From the NCBI GenBank assembly GCA_963662465.1, contig OY759599.1, positions 5,280,001 to 5,344,000 on the forward strand: 64,000 nucleotides of DNA. Reading direction: 5' to 3'. The DNA is from Desulfatiglandales bacterium. Its GTDB lineage: Bacteria; Desulfobacterota; DSM-4660; Desulfatiglandales; Desulfatiglandaceae. Shown here in pieces: positions 26,622 through 37,682 of this stretch. The translations under genes and the position numbers were made by a program. The notes beneath the pieces are model-generated. The model saw only the letters and a program-made list of their open reading frames with translations. It was not told the DNA's origin and made no database searches. Within the stretch, counting starts at the first letter, position 1. Each line of letters opens with the position of its first letter.

Positions 26622-28694
26622 ATGACATATCGCAGATTTTTTTGGACGTCGATGGCCGCCTCTTTTATGATCCTCATGATCACGGGCAGCCCCGTTTCAG
26701 CAGCCCGGGAATTACCGCCGAATGATGGACGGCTGGTCCTCAAACAAGTGACATTGTTCAACAACGGGGTGGGGTATTTCCAGCTGGGGGGAAAGGTTCC
26801 GGCTGGTGAAAAGATCCGCCTTCATGTGAAACCGAGCCGGATGAACGATTTACTCAAAAGCCTGACCATCATTAATTTAAGCGGCGGGCAGGTGAGCAGT
26901 ATCGTCTATGACAATGACAAAACCTCAACCCAGAAATTGAGCGAATTTAACTTTAACCTGGAAAAAGAACAGGGCCTGCCCCAAATTCTCAGGCAGCTTC
27001 AGGGAAGCGAAATCGAAGTATTGACCGGCAGCACATCCGTTACGGGAACCATCATGGGAGTGGAAAAGCGGAATATCCAAGAAGAGGAATGGATCATGCC
27101 GCATTTTCTTCTGACCATTATGGTCCCAAACGGTCAAATGCGCAGTTTCGACACCCGTGAAATCACCGGAACAAAATTGCTTGACCCAAAGCTCAACCAG
27201 GAGTTGAACCGGTATCTTTCCATCCTGTTCCAGAAACATCAACAGGATGGGAAGACCGTAACCATCACATCGACGGGACAGGGGTCTCAGGAACTTCTGG
27301 TGAGCTATATTGCCGAGGTTCCGGTGTGGAAAGCCACATACCGCATTGTTCTGCCGGAATCAAACAAGGGTAGCAACCCTTTTTTACAGGGGTGGGCCAT
27401 CGTTGACAATGTCAGTGGGGAAGACTGGCAAAACATACAGCTTTCCCTGGTCAGCGGCCTGCCCGTTTCCTTTATTCAGGAACTTTATGCCCCCCGATTC
27501 AAAAAGCGTCCCGAACTTAAAATAGAAGATGAAAATGCCGCGCCGCCCCCGATCCCGGAAGCCGGCATGAGAAAAAACCGAAGGTTGATGGCAGCGCCGG
27601 CTGGTGCTAGCGCCAAACGCGGGATCATGGGAAAAGACGCCATGGCCCAAAGCTATTCCGAAGCACCCGACATGGAACAAAGCATGCGGGAATTAAAAGC
27701 ACGGACCGTCACTCGCGAAGTGGGAGATATGTTTGAATACCGGATTGATCACCCTGTAACCATAGGACGAAATTGTTCAGCCATGGTTCCCATTGTCGCA
27801 AAGGATATTGAAGGTCTGGCAGTGGACCTGTACAACGAAAAAACCCGGAAACAGCATCCCCTGGCAGGGGTCAGGCTTAAAAATACGACGGGACTTACCC
27901 TTGAAGGCGGCCCCTTGACCATACTCAAGGGAGGAACTTATGCCGGGGAAGCGTTTGTCAAAAGCCTCAAACCCGGTGAAGAACGCACCATCACCTATGC
28001 GGTCGACCTGGGGCTTCATGTGAACACAAAAATGGGGAGTACCACGGAACCGGTGGATCGGGTGGTCATTAACCGTGGACTCATGCGCTTGCACAGGGGG
28101 GTCATTGAAACCAAAAATTACACTCTTAATAACAAAAATGCCAAATCCAAAACAGTAATCATCGAACACCCATATCACGCCGACTGGAAACTGCTGAATC
28201 CGGAAAAGCCCATGGAGACAACGGATCATTATCTCCGTTTTGAAGTTCAAGTCCCAGAGCATAACACCACCACTTTTCTGGTGAAAGAAATCCGGGATGT
28301 ATGGGAAAGCATCTCCGTCAGCAATATGACCCCGGACAACATCCTGATCTTTGCCCGTGAGAAATATCTCGACGACAAAACGCTCAAACAAATGGAGCAG
28401 ATGGTTTCCGTGAAAAGCGAACTGGCCCACATTAACGCCGACCTGAAAGTTCTGTCGAAGGAACGGCAACAAATTTTTTCAGATCAGAAAAGGCTTCGTG
28501 AAAATTTGCAGGGCCTGGGTCAAACCTCTGAAGAAAAAGGGCTTCGAAACCGCTATATCGGCCTGCTTGACAGCCAGGAAACCCGCCTCGGGAAAATTGA
28601 AAGGCAGGAGGAATCCCTTGAAAACCAACAAAAAGGCAAACAGCGGGAGCTTGAAACCCTCATCGAGACGCTGAGCCAGGATTTAAAGGTCTGA
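26622..28694 (+). CDS. DUF4139/DUF4140-like secreted protein with C-terminal coiled coil
   Basis: VTLFNNGVGYF, PVWKATYRI, LQGWAIVDNVSGEDW..LSLVSG.P.SF. Confidence 0.75.
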   Translation: MTYRRFFWTSMAASFMILMITGSPVSAARELPPNDGRLVLKQVTLFNNGVGYFQLGGKVPAGEKIRLHVKPSRMNDLLKSLTIINLSGGQVSSIVYDNDKTSTQKLSEFNFNLEKEQGLPQILRQLQGSEIEVLTGSTSVTGTIMGVEKRNIQEEEWIMPHFLLTIMVPNGQMRSFDTREITGTKLLDPKLNQELNRYLSILFQKHQQDGKTVTITSTGQGSQELLVSYIAEVPVWKATYRIVLPESNKGSNPFLQGWAIVDNVSGEDWQNIQLSLVSGLPVSFIQELYAPRFKKRPELKIEDENAAPPPIPEAGMRKNRRLMAAPAGASAKRGIMGKDAMAQSYSEAPDMEQSMRELKARTVTREVGDMFEYRIDHPVTIGRNCSAMVPIVAKDIEGLAVDLYNEKTRKQHPLAGVRLKNTTGLTLEGGPLTILKGGTYAGEAFVKSLKPGEERTITYAVDLGLHVNTKMGSTTEPVDRVVINRGLMRLHRGVIETKNYTLNNKNAKSKTVIIEHPYHADWKLLNPEKPMETTDHYLRFEVQVPEHNTTTFLVKEIRDVWESISVSNMTPDNILIFAREKYLDDKTLKQMEQMVSVKSELAHINADLKVLSKERQQIFSDQKRLRENLQGLGQTSEEKGLRNRYIGLLDSQETRLGKIERQEESLENQQKGKQRELETLIETLSQDLKV

Positions 28695-28699
28695 AAAGG

Positions 28700-29788
28700 C
28701 TAATCCTGCGGATGGACAATCAACCGCTGCCCCGGATGGATCGGGTCCTTTGAATTAATGTGATTCCAGATCATCAGGGCGGTAATAGGGATATTGTGCC
28801 GCCGTGCAATGGCGGAAAGACTGTCCCCTTTTTGAACCACATACAAACGGCCCTCCCGGCTCTCGGAAAAATCCTTGACCAGGCGGGAAAACCGAGCCTG
28901 AAAACCGGACAATGCCCCTTTGGGGATGAGGATGTCATGGTTTCCTTTTGGGAAATAATGCCCCCTGATTTCGGGATTCAGATCCTTGATAACCTTGAAC
29001 CGGGTCTTTGCAGCCTGGGCCACGGTCTTGATGGGAATTTCCTGGGAACATTTTACCCGCACCCGCTCAAATGAAAGAACCGGGTAAAGATCTCCCTTTG
29101 ACAACCTGAAACCATACTTGTCGGGATTTGAAAAAATCAGTTTGATGGTGAGGATGCGAAACAGGAACTGCTGGGTTTCGAGGGGTAGATAAAGGTCGTA
29201 ATAACTCATGGTATCCTGGGCCAATATTTCCCCCAGGAGCCCCTTCTCCCCCATATTGTAGGCAGCCGCAGCAAGGGTCCATGACCCCAGTTCTTCGTGG
29301 AGAGCCTTGAAATACCGAATTGCGGCCCGGGTGGATGAAAACAGGTTCCGCCTTTCGTCGATGCGGTTATTAATGATCAGCCCGTATCTTTTCCCCGTCG
29401 GCCGCACAAACTGCCAGAAGCCGATGGCGCCCCGGCTTGAACCCGCATGGGCTCGCAGGGCGCTTTCGGCAATGGCAACGTATTTTAGGTCATCGGGCAT
29501 ACGGTTTTCCCGCAACATTTTTTCAATATGGGGCAAATAACGCCCCGCCCGCTTCAGCCACAAAATCACCTGGGGGCGATTCCAGAGGTTCAAAAGAACT
29601 TCTTTCTCAAACCTTTCCCTCACGTCTCCGTTTTCCATGGGGACCGGTTCTCCACAGAAGTTCTGACCGGCTGGAATCTTCAACGATTCTACCAGTGAGG
29701 GAATCCGCGCCGGTTCAATGGCTTTCGCCGCCGAGGCTTCTCCGAACAGAACCCCCGCACCCATTAACAATATGGCAAGCCACCGCAT
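28700..29788 (-). CDS. Lytic transglycosylase (SLT) with LysM domain, MltD-like
   Basis: AESAL, GFWQF, AAAAYNMG, YVVQKGDSLSAIA LysM. Confidence 0.92.
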   Translation of the reverse strand: MRWLAILLMGAGVLFGEASAAKAIEPARIPSLVESLKIPAGQNFCGEPVPMENGDVRERFEKEVLLNLWNRPQVILWLKRAGRYLPHIEKMLRENRMPDDLKYVAIAESALRAHAGSSRGAIGFWQFVRPTGKRYGLIINNRIDERRNLFSSTRAAIRYFKALHEELGSWTLAAAAYNMGEKGLLGEILAQDTMSYYDLYLPLETQQFLFRILTIKLIFSNPDKYGFRLSKGDLYPVLSFERVRVKCSQEIPIKTVAQAAKTRFKVIKDLNPEIRGHYFPKGNHDILIPKGALSGFQARFSRLVKDFSESREGRLYVVQKGDSLSAIARRHNIPITALMIWNHINSKDPIHPGQRLIVHPQD

Positions 29789-29885
29789 GCGCTTTCCTCT
29801 TCCGATGTAAGGGATATTTTCAGTCTATCCGATCCGACCGATAATAACCCGGCAATTTATTGCCGGATGACCCGAATGATGGATA

Positions 29886-30350
29886 TCAACGAGCATCCTC
29901 TTTTTCCTGCTGAAGCACCCTTCCGGGAAAACGGATCAACTCTTTAATCCTGGCACTTCGAATTTTTTGATCATGGGTATCCTTTTTTTCAAATGCCTGA
30001 GCCAGTTTTATCAGCAGATCCTCCAGCTTAATGGGTTTGAGCAAATAATCAAAGGCGCCCAGTTTCATGCCCTCAATACTGGTCTCAACGGATGCATGTC
30101 CGGTCAATAACACCACCTCGGCCAGAGGCTGAATCCGCTTCATCTCCCGCAAAGCCTCAATGCCGTCCATGCCGCCAGGCATTTTCACATCCAGAATCAC
30201 CACATCGAAGAGCTTTTTGCTCATCACTTCCAGGGCCAGTTCACCGCTTTCAGCACCCGTGGCATCAATGCCCCGCTTCTCCAGTCTCTTGACCAGCGTC
30301 TCCAGGAAATCCGCTTCGTCGTCCACGATCAAAACCCTAAATGAATCCAT
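29886..30350 (-). CDS. Stand-alone response regulator (receiver + helical tail)
   Basis: VLIVDDE, LDVKMPG, LTGH, YLLKP. Confidence 0.92.
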   Translation of the reverse strand: MDSFRVLIVDDEADFLETLVKRLEKRGIDATGAESGELALEVMSKKLFDVVILDVKMPGGMDGIEALREMKRIQPLAEVVLLTGHASVETSIEGMKLGAFDYLLKPIKLEDLLIKLAQAFEKKDTHDQKIRSARIKELIRFPGRVLQQEKEDAR

Positions 30351-30379
30351 GCCTTTCTCCTTTTTTTTGTGAACGGTTG

Positions 30380-32053
30380 CTATTTCTTTTCAGGCCTCAC
30401 AATGGGAATATCCACTGTAAAGGTCGTGCCTTCTCCCATTTCGCTTTTGAGCTTAATGGTACCCCCCATTTTTTTAATGATATCATAGCTGACCCACAAA
30501 CCAAGCCCGGTTCCCTTGCCGGTTTCCTTGGTGGTAAAAAATGGATCAAACACCTTGTTCTGTTTTTCTTTTGGAATCCCCGGCCCATTGTCGGACACGT
30601 GGATGAGGATTCGGGAATCACGCTGCCTGCTTTTCACATCAATGGTCCCTTCAGATCCAATGGCATCGATGGCATTGGTGATCAAATTTAAAAGCACCTG
30701 CTGAAGTCGCGCTTCGTCGCCAGCAATGATGGGCAAATCGGGCGCCAAATCCGTTTTAACCAAGATATTGTTGTTACTGGCATAATTTCCCAAAAGTTCA
30801 ATGGTTTGCCGTAACATGACGTTAACGTCCACATCCTCCAGATGAGGCTCCATCTTTCGAGCATAACCCAACATATTGTGAACGACCTTGCGAGCTCTTT
30901 CAACATGTTCTTCGATTTTTGCTAAAGACTGCTGATATTCCCGTGCATTCTCGCTGTTTTGAAAGCTTTCATCCGCCAACAGGTCTTCCATCCATCCGGT
31001 TTTCTGCAAAATAACCGCCAGTGGGTTGTTGATCTCATGGGCCACGCCCGCGGCCATCTTCCCCAATGCCGCCAGCTTATCCGACTGCACCAGTTGAGCA
31101 TTGAGTTCATTCAGTCTTAAATCCGTTTCCCGCAACCGCCGAATGGTCATACGCGTGGTGAAAACGGTGGCGAACACGATGGCCAGAATGCCGCCGATAA
31201 TAATGCCGAATTCCAGTTTCCGGGTGGCAAACAGACCGCTCATCTCCTCTACGGCGTCCTGACTAATCACCAGAAGCCACTGCCCTTTTCTAAGCCAGGC
31301 CCCGGCATAGAAGGTTTTTCGGCCATGACCGTTTCCTTCCTCGATAACCGTTGTTCGCCTGCCGAAAAGGTTTGTTTGAAGGCTCCAATTGGATAAGATC
31401 TTTCCACCGAACCGCGGCGATGTTTGGAAAACGCCCTGTTTGTCCACAATGTAGGCATCTCCTGTTTTTCCCACCTGTGCCGAGCGGACAAGACCTCCAA
31501 ATATTTCGGGGTCAATGGTGGCCCGTAGTATCCAGCTATTCTGCCCTTCCTGACGACGAACCGCAATAATAAAATGGGGCAGTTGTCGGTAACCCATATA
31601 CACGTCGCTGATATAAACGCCTTTTCGCATGACATCGCCAAACCACGGTTGTTGATAATAATTCAGGCCTTTGAGGTCATAGGGACCCACGTAGGCCAGA
31701 TGCTGGCCGGCGTTGGAAATGACCCCGAGATCCACAAACGCGCCGGCGCGTGCGTTCATCACCTGAAAAATGTTCACCAAGGTGGTCTCCTCGGTCATGT
31801 CGCTCAGGGTATGGGTATCCGCCATGGCGCATAGGATGGCGGTGCGTTCTTTTAAAAAAAGGTCCACAGCCTCCGCCTGAGCGCTAGCCCGATACCGGAT
31901 TTGCTCCTCTATTTTTTCCTGGTACATCCTGGCAAATTGAAAATAGATGGTGGCGCCGAGCACCAACAGCGGCGCCAACGCCACCAAAAGGGTGATGATA
32001 ATGATTTTTTTTTGAAGATTAGAATAATGTTTTATTTTCATTTTGGCACCCAA
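30380..32053 (-). CDS. Membrane sensor histidine kinase (Cache-like periplasmic domain, NtrB-like)
   Basis: Two TM segments; [37 protein letters not shown]. Confidence 0.93.
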   Translation of the reverse strand: MGAKMKIKHYSNLQKKIIIITLLVALAPLLVLGATIYFQFARMYQEKIEEQIRYRASAQAEAVDLFLKERTAILCAMADTHTLSDMTEETTLVNIFQVMNARAGAFVDLGVISNAGQHLAYVGPYDLKGLNYYQQPWFGDVMRKGVYISDVYMGYRQLPHFIIAVRRQEGQNSWILRATIDPEIFGGLVRSAQVGKTGDAYIVDKQGVFQTSPRFGGKILSNWSLQTNLFGRRTTVIEEGNGHGRKTFYAGAWLRKGQWLLVISQDAVEEMSGLFATRKLEFGIIIGGILAIVFATVFTTRMTIRRLRETDLRLNELNAQLVQSDKLAALGKMAAGVAHEINNPLAVILQKTGWMEDLLADESFQNSENAREYQQSLAKIEEHVERARKVVHNMLGYARKMEPHLEDVDVNVMLRQTIELLGNYASNNNILVKTDLAPDLPIIAGDEARLQQVLLNLITNAIDAIGSEGTIDVKSRQRDSRILIHVSDNGPGIPKEKQNKVFDPFFTTKETGKGTGLGLWVSYDIIKKMGGTIKLKSEMGEGTTFTVDIPIVRPEKK

Positions 32054-32117
32054 TCTGAATTCGATATCCCTAACCGCCTATCGCGCGCCACATTTGGCGC
32101 GCTTTCGGTTGGCCTCA

Positions 32118-33788
32118 TCAGTGGGGCCAGTTCATGAACTGCCAGTAACCCAAAATGGACCAGAACCAGAGTACCAGCCAGGCCAGAATGGTCACGGGCA
32201 GACCGAATTTCACAAAATCAAAGACACTCAGCAACCTTTCGCCGGTCTCTGGGTCGCGCCCCATGCCGAATGCAATGGCATTGTTGGGGGTTCCCACCAC
32301 CAGAAAATTGGCAAAAGATGACGAAAAGGCGCAAGCCAGCCCCAGCTTCCAGACACTCACATCGGCCAAATCCGCCATGGGCAAAACAATGGGCCCGAGA
32401 GCCGCCACCGTGGCGCCGTCGCTCATGAAATTGGTCATGACGCCCGTCAGCAAACTAACGCCGATGACCAGGCCATCTCCGTGGGAGATGCTTTCCGGCA
32501 GCATTGCCACAAAATTATTGGCCAACCAGAGGGCCCCTCCCGTAAACTTGAGACCCACCCCCATGGCGCAAGCCGCGGCATATAACCCCACCACATCCAG
32601 GGCCACGCCTTCCTGAAGATCATCCCAATCAACAATACGGAAGAGAAACATGGCCACCACGGCGTACAGGGTAGGACCACCCAGACCGGCGTGTTCCCCC
32701 AGGACAATCCACGCCACCACCAGACACACCAGGATGACCGCCATGATGGCCTCTTTTCCGCCAAACTTGGGCATTCGCGCCACTTCAGCCTTGACCACCT
32801 CGCTGGGATTGACCCCTTTCACCAGAAACTTGCCTTTCAGCCGGATATACATATAGGCGCCGATGACCACGGCTATGACCGGAACAAAGGGCATGCCGTA
32901 TTTCATCCAGTCCATAAAAGAAATGGGATCTCCATATTCCATCAAATAGCCCACCATGATGGCATTTCGACCACCCGCCGCGGGAGAACCGGGGCCCCCG
33001 TGATTCGCGGCAAAACAGATGCCCAGCAATAGAAAAACCGCAAGGGCCCGGTCCTTCTCCACACCGTACATTTTGCAGGTGACCTTATACACTCCCATCA
33101 GAACCGGGATGAGCAACGCCACAAGAGCATGCTCCGACAAAAAGCTGGCGGACATGGCCAAAAGGGGAAGAAAAATAAAAGCAAATGCCTTGGCGCTCTT
33201 GATGCGACTGAGCAGGATGAGTCCGATGCGTTTATCGAGACCGGTTTTCGCAACGCCTACGGCCACGGCCAGAATGCCGAAAATAAAAAAAACAGCATCC
33301 TTCATAAAGGCTTTGGAAATTTCATTGATGGGCAGGATGCAGAAGAGATAGAGCATTACCGCCACTAAAAGATCCGTGGCGCCCAGAGGCAGGGCCTCCG
33401 TGGCCCAGAAAAAGACCGCGAGAAAAAAAACGGCCAGCATGACCTTGGCCAGTTGGGCCGCCTGTATGTCCGTCATCAGGGGAGAGCCATCCGGGGCTTC
33501 CTTATTTTCCGACGCTTTGGCCGCTTCAAACTCCTTGGGATGAAGCGTTTGATTCATGGTGTCCGCGATGGTGCTGCACCCCCGTCCCAATTTGTATCCC
33601 GGAAGATTTTTTTGGCTGACCAGATCGATCATGCTCTGGGGTATGGGCAACATGACCACCCCTATAAAAAGAACGGCCGCAATGACCAGAAGGATGGGTT
33701 TATATCCTGGTTTACTCGACCATACGCTTGGATTCGGCTTTGACTCAACGGCTTGGTGATGCGACATGTTCGCCTCCTTTTCATTCAA
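32118..33788 (-). CDS. DASS/SLC13 family anion transporter
   Basis: WATEALP, GSPAAGGRN, TNFMSDGA, VGTPNNAI. Confidence 0.9.
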   Translation of the reverse strand: MNEKEANMSHHQAVESKPNPSVWSSKPGYKPILLVIAAVLFIGVVMLPIPQSMIDLVSQKNLPGYKLGRGCSTIADTMNQTLHPKEFEAAKASENKEAPDGSPLMTDIQAAQLAKVMLAVFFLAVFFWATEALPLGATDLLVAVMLYLFCILPINEISKAFMKDAVFFIFGILAVAVGVAKTGLDKRIGLILLSRIKSAKAFAFIFLPLLAMSASFLSEHALVALLIPVLMGVYKVTCKMYGVEKDRALAVFLLLGICFAANHGGPGSPAAGGRNAIMVGYLMEYGDPISFMDWMKYGMPFVPVIAVVIGAYMYIRLKGKFLVKGVNPSEVVKAEVARMPKFGGKEAIMAVILVCLVVAWIVLGEHAGLGGPTLYAVVAMFLFRIVDWDDLQEGVALDVVGLYAAACAMGVGLKFTGGALWLANNFVAMLPESISHGDGLVIGVSLLTGVMTNFMSDGATVAALGPIVLPMADLADVSVWKLGLACAFSSSFANFLVVGTPNNAIAFGMGRDPETGERLLSVFDFVKFGLPVTILAWLVLWFWSILGYWQFMNWPH

Positions 33789-33912
33789 TGGATCTTGCGG
33801 TTCATCCGAAATGTGGAATTGAAAAATTCCTCAATCGGGTTCTTTACCCAAATGGATTCTCCCGGAGAAAGGGGTAATACCCCAGTGCCCGGCTAACGAC
33901 CTTTGAGCAATG

Positions 33913-33928
33913 GCAATGATCGTGCCAA
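33913..33928 (-). promoter_or_regulatory. Sigma54 (-24/-12) promoter upstream of the DASS gene
   Basis: TTGGCACGATCATTGC (GG-N10-GC). Confidence 0.75.
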
Positions 33929-34058
33929 AACCATGGAACCCGATGGATTAACATATGCCATCGAAAGCATTGCATTTTTTTTGAATTCAGGCGCTCGAAA
34001 TTTTAGAAGGCGGTCCGAGGATGTCGACTATTTTAACAGGTTGTAAAGGATGGCAATA

Positions 34059-34095
34059 GAAAAGGCCCTCATCCGCCGGGGGAAGGGGCCTTTTC
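34059..34095 (-). terminator. Putative terminator hairpin
   Basis: GAAAAGGCCC...GGGCCTTTTC, downstream of the response regulator stop at 34125. Confidence 0.55.
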
Positions 34096-34124
34096 AGTGG
34101 TGGATCTATAAAAGAAAAAAAAGG

Positions 34125-34565
34125 TTACATACCGCCGCTTTTTCGGATGAGAAGCCTGGCTTCCGCCTGCCGGATCCGTTCCAGTTGCGCATCTTTTCGC
34201 TTTCTGGCATTTTCCAGTTTGGCCGACAGGTCGTCAAATTCGGCCGGTTTCATGAGATAATCAAAGGCGCCCAGCTTCATGCCGTCCACTGCCGTCTCAG
34301 CGCTGCCATGCCCGGTCAACATAATGACTTCCACCAGGGGATGGCGTTTCTTAATTTCCTTCAAGGTTTCCATGCCGTCCATGCCGGGCATCTTGATGTC
34401 CAAAATCACCACATCCATATCGGTCTCTCCGAGGATTTCAAGGCACGCTTTTCCGCTGTGGGCGCTGAAAACTTTTTCGCCCGTCTCCTGCAACCTCAGG
34501 GAGAGCATCTCCACAAAATCCTTTTCATCATCCACTAAAAGTACCTTTGCCGGTATTTTCATCAT
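34125..34565 (-). CDS. Stand-alone response regulator
   Basis: VLLVDDE, LDIKMPG, LTGHG, YLMKP. Confidence 0.92.
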   Translation of the reverse strand: MMKIPAKVLLVDDEKDFVEMLSLRLQETGEKVFSAHSGKACLEILGETDMDVVILDIKMPGMDGMETLKEIKKRHPLVEVIMLTGHGSAETAVDGMKLGAFDYLMKPAEFDDLSAKLENARKRKDAQLERIRQAEARLLIRKSGGM

Positions 34566-34590
34566 GGTTCTTTATCTCCTTTCAGGTCTG

Positions 34591-35778
34591 TTAGGTCTCA
34601 AAGGCCTTCTTCAGAGCATTGAGATGATCTTTTCCCGTGGGCGTCTCATCGACATTCTGACAACGGGGAATATGAATCAAAAAGCGGGTTCCCTGCCCCA
34701 ACTGGCTCTCCAAGCTCAGGTCTCCGCCCAGTTTCTCCACAATGCTGCGGGTAACAAACAAACCCAGCCCGGTGCCTTCACCGGGGGGTTTGGTACTGAA
34801 AAAGGGGTCAAAAATCTTTTGAAGGTTTTCCCTGGGGATTCCTTCGCCCGTATCCTGTATGGTAATGGCCACCCGATCGCCGACCGGCAAAATCCCGACC
34901 GTAATTTTTCCGCCTGGGCCGGTAGCATGGATGGCGTTGGTTATAAGGTTAATCAGGACCTGCCTCAACTTATAAGGATCACTCCAGATAACACCCGTAT
35001 CAGTATCCACGTCCTCAACGATTTCAACTTCTTTGTTGCGCGCATCTTTCCCAACCAATCCCACAGTCTCCTTCACCAGATCTTTCAAATCCACCTCGGA
35101 GGCCACGGAATCAGCCTGTCGGACCGACCCCAGGAGCTGGTGCGTAATGCGCCTGGCCCGTTCAACGCCATTCTCTATCTTGCCCAGGGCCATCAGAAGA
35201 TCGTTTTTTCGCGGTGTATTGGCCATCTCTGCTTTGTTAAGGATCAACTGCATCCAACCGGCGGATTCCTTGATGATGGCGAGGGGGTTGTTAATTTCGT
35301 GGGCAACGCCTGCCGCCAGAGTACCCAGAGACGCCAGCCTTTCGGTGGCAATCATCTGTTGCTCCATTTTGGCTCTGAATGCCGTTTCCCGCAGCCGTTC
35401 GTCCTCCCGCTGAATCTTTTCATGGGCTTGCTTTATTTTGCTCAGCAGGTGGTCCAACTCTATGGGTTTGCTTAAATAATCAAACGCACCGGTTTTAATG
35501 CCATTAACGCCGTCCTCGGCGCTGGAAAAACCGGTCAGCATGATCACCTCGGTTTTGGGGTATTTTTCCTTGATCCGATGAAGGGTTTCAATGCCGTCGA
35601 TACCCCGCATCTTGACATCCAGAACCACTACGTCCACAGGGTTTTGTTCCAGCAACGCCAGACATTCCTCACCGCTTCCGGCCTGCCGGGCCTCAATTCC
35701 CCGTTTCATCAACCGTTTGGAAACCGTCCGCCTGAAATCATCTTCGTCATCAACCAGCAAGAGACGTATTTTTTCCAT
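34591..35778 (-). CDS. Receiver-histidine kinase hybrid (REC-HisKA-HATPase)
   Basis: N-terminal receiver; [22 protein letters not shown]. Confidence 0.92.
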   Translation of the reverse strand: MEKIRLLLVDDEDDFRRTVSKRLMKRGIEARQAGSGEECLALLEQNPVDVVVLDVKMRGIDGIETLHRIKEKYPKTEVIMLTGFSSAEDGVNGIKTGAFDYLSKPIELDHLLSKIKQAHEKIQREDERLRETAFRAKMEQQMIATERLASLGTLAAGVAHEINNPLAIIKESAGWMQLILNKAEMANTPRKNDLLMALGKIENGVERARRITHQLLGSVRQADSVASEVDLKDLVKETVGLVGKDARNKEVEIVEDVDTDTGVIWSDPYKLRQVLINLITNAIHATGPGGKITVGILPVGDRVAITIQDTGEGIPRENLQKIFDPFFSTKPPGEGTGLGLFVTRSIVEKLGGDLSLESQLGQGTRFLIHIPRCQNVDETPTGKDHLNALKKAFET

Positions 35779-35790
35779 GAAAGATCCTTG

Positions 35791-37386
35791 TTACACCAAT
35801 CCCAGAATTTTCCACCACACGCTCGCCACCAAAATCAGTATCCCCAATAAAACCGGCGTAGCCACGGCCCCCACCTTAGTGAGATCCGACGATTTGAAAT
35901 ACCGGTAACTGTAGGAAATGGCATTGGGCGGACAACCGATCACCAGCAGCATGGCAAAGGAAGTTGCGGTCCCGAGACAAAGGGCGATTACCCTGGGGTC
36001 CACGCCCTCCAGCTGCGCCATGGGAAGCACGATGGGCAGAATCAGGGCGGCCGCCGCCACATTGGCCATGGCATTGGTCACAAGCGCCCCGAAAACGCCG
36101 ACCCCCACAAAAAGGAGCAACCAGCCTCCCCCTTGAACCAGTGGGAAAAAGAGGTTGGCAAAATAGGTGGCGGCCCCGGAATACCCCATGGCCAACCCCA
36201 GGGAAATGCCGCCGCCGAAAATAAACAGCGCCGTTCCCCATTCCAGATTCTTGTGAATGTCTTCCCATTCCAAAACGCGGAAAAGCACCAGGCCCGCCAC
36301 GGCGAGCATTCCGGTAATGGAATAATCCATGCCGTGCAACCCCTTGGTAAGCCAGGAGATAAAGGCCAGGCCGATAATGACAAGGGTTGTTTTTTCAAGG
36401 GATGTCCAGGGACCCAGATCCTCGTCAAATTGTGGCAGTTTAAATTTCGGATCCGGTCTGAACACAAAATACACCACCAAAACCGCTACGGGCACCGTCA
36501 ATATGGCAGCCGGCATGGCGAATTTGATCCAGTCGAAAAAACTGATCTCAATGCCCGTAAATTCATGGAGAAAAGCCGCCGACACCATGCACCGACCCCC
36601 GCCGATGAGGCTTCCCATGCCGCCGCAGGAACAGGCAAAGGGAAGGGACAACATCATAAACTTGGCCGTATTGGTATGGGGTTCAATACCCACGGCCCGC
36701 ATGAGGGGCAACATGGTAACAATCCCGATGGCGCAGGCGGCCGCATCATGCATGAAAGAGGATGAAATCCCGAGGCCCATGGCAATGATAAAGGTGAATT
36801 TAACCACGCTGTTGCCCGCTTTTTTGATGATGAAATACCCCAGGCGTTTTGTCAGCCCCGCTTTATCCAGTGATATGGCGAATATCAGGCAACACATGAT
36901 AAAAATCACCACCGGGTGCATATAGGGCGCCCAGGCCTCTTTTACATCGGCTATTCCCATGAGAACGAGAAACACGCCGATGCAGATAGCTGTAATCTCA
37001 AGGGGGATGGGCTCCACAATAAAGAGAAACACCAGCACCGCCAGCACCGCCAGGAATCGTTTGGCCTTGGGCGACAGACCATTTACATATTCGACCTCGA
37101 TATCGCTTTTGCCGAGATCGGCAGCTTTTTTCTCCAGAAACACCGCCGTACACTCAGGCGCCCCAGGGGTTTTCCCTTCCACCAGATAGCCCTTAGCAGT
37201 CTTTTGGCTCTCCGGAACCACCACAAAATGAGTGCTGATCAGGGGCAATAATGTTTTATTTACATCTCCCGTAATCCGAAACTTTGTTCCCTCAGGCCTT
37301 GGCAACAGTAAAACAAGAATGCCCAGGGCAATCGCTAATCCCAGCTGAAATCCCTTTGACTTAAAAAACATGTTTTTCCTCCTCAC
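35791..37386 (-). CDS. DASS/SLC13 family anion transporter
   Basis: EPIPLEIT, GMGSLIGGGR, TNAMANVA, IGCPPNAI. Confidence 0.9.
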   Translation of the reverse strand: MRRKNMFFKSKGFQLGLAIALGILVLLLPRPEGTKFRITGDVNKTLLPLISTHFVVVPESQKTAKGYLVEGKTPGAPECTAVFLEKKAADLGKSDIEVEYVNGLSPKAKRFLAVLAVLVFLFIVEPIPLEITAICIGVFLVLMGIADVKEAWAPYMHPVVIFIMCCLIFAISLDKAGLTKRLGYFIIKKAGNSVVKFTFIIAMGLGISSSFMHDAAACAIGIVTMLPLMRAVGIEPHTNTAKFMMLSLPFACSCGGMGSLIGGGRCMVSAAFLHEFTGIEISFFDWIKFAMPAAILTVPVAVLVVYFVFRPDPKFKLPQFDEDLGPWTSLEKTTLVIIGLAFISWLTKGLHGMDYSITGMLAVAGLVLFRVLEWEDIHKNLEWGTALFIFGGGISLGLAMGYSGAATYFANLFFPLVQGGGWLLLFVGVGVFGALVTNAMANVAAAALILPIVLPMAQLEGVDPRVIALCLGTATSFAMLLVIGCPPNAISYSYRYFKSSDLTKVGAVATPVLLGILILVASVWWKILGLV

Positions 37387-37682
37387 CTGTTCTCGGCGCC
37401 CACTTTGACGCCGCTAAAAATTTTATGAAGCTTGCCGATTCTAACTTGTACCCACTAGAGAAAAATTTCACAAAACAACCCAGAGCAAAAAATCACGCCA
37501 ATACACCATAATGCTGAATCCTATATCGGATTTTCAAATTGTGGTCAAGATCTTTGCAGTGGGAACCGAAATTCTTTATTGCGGCTGCATTCTCTTCGCA
37601 GGTCTCCCCCACCTGGGGCCCGAGGATTTGAACCCCGATGGGTTTTTTGTCCTTGCGCCTTACCCCCGAAATCGGCGCTTCA

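Noticed and set aside
29849..29866. CCGGCAAT-TT-ATTGCCGG hairpin (and the ATCCCGCCATGGCGGGAT palindrome at 56927-56944)
   Set aside because: Short single REP-like hairpins with no second copy in the window; function cannot be assigned.
34279..35475. 398-aa plus-strand ORF
   Set aside because: Antisense to clear two-component genes; no domain signal.
37485..37501. Sigma54-like TTGGCGTGATTTTTTGC upstream of the second DASS gene
   Set aside because: Spacing is GG-N11-GC, not N10; it would only count if the T run has a sequencing error.
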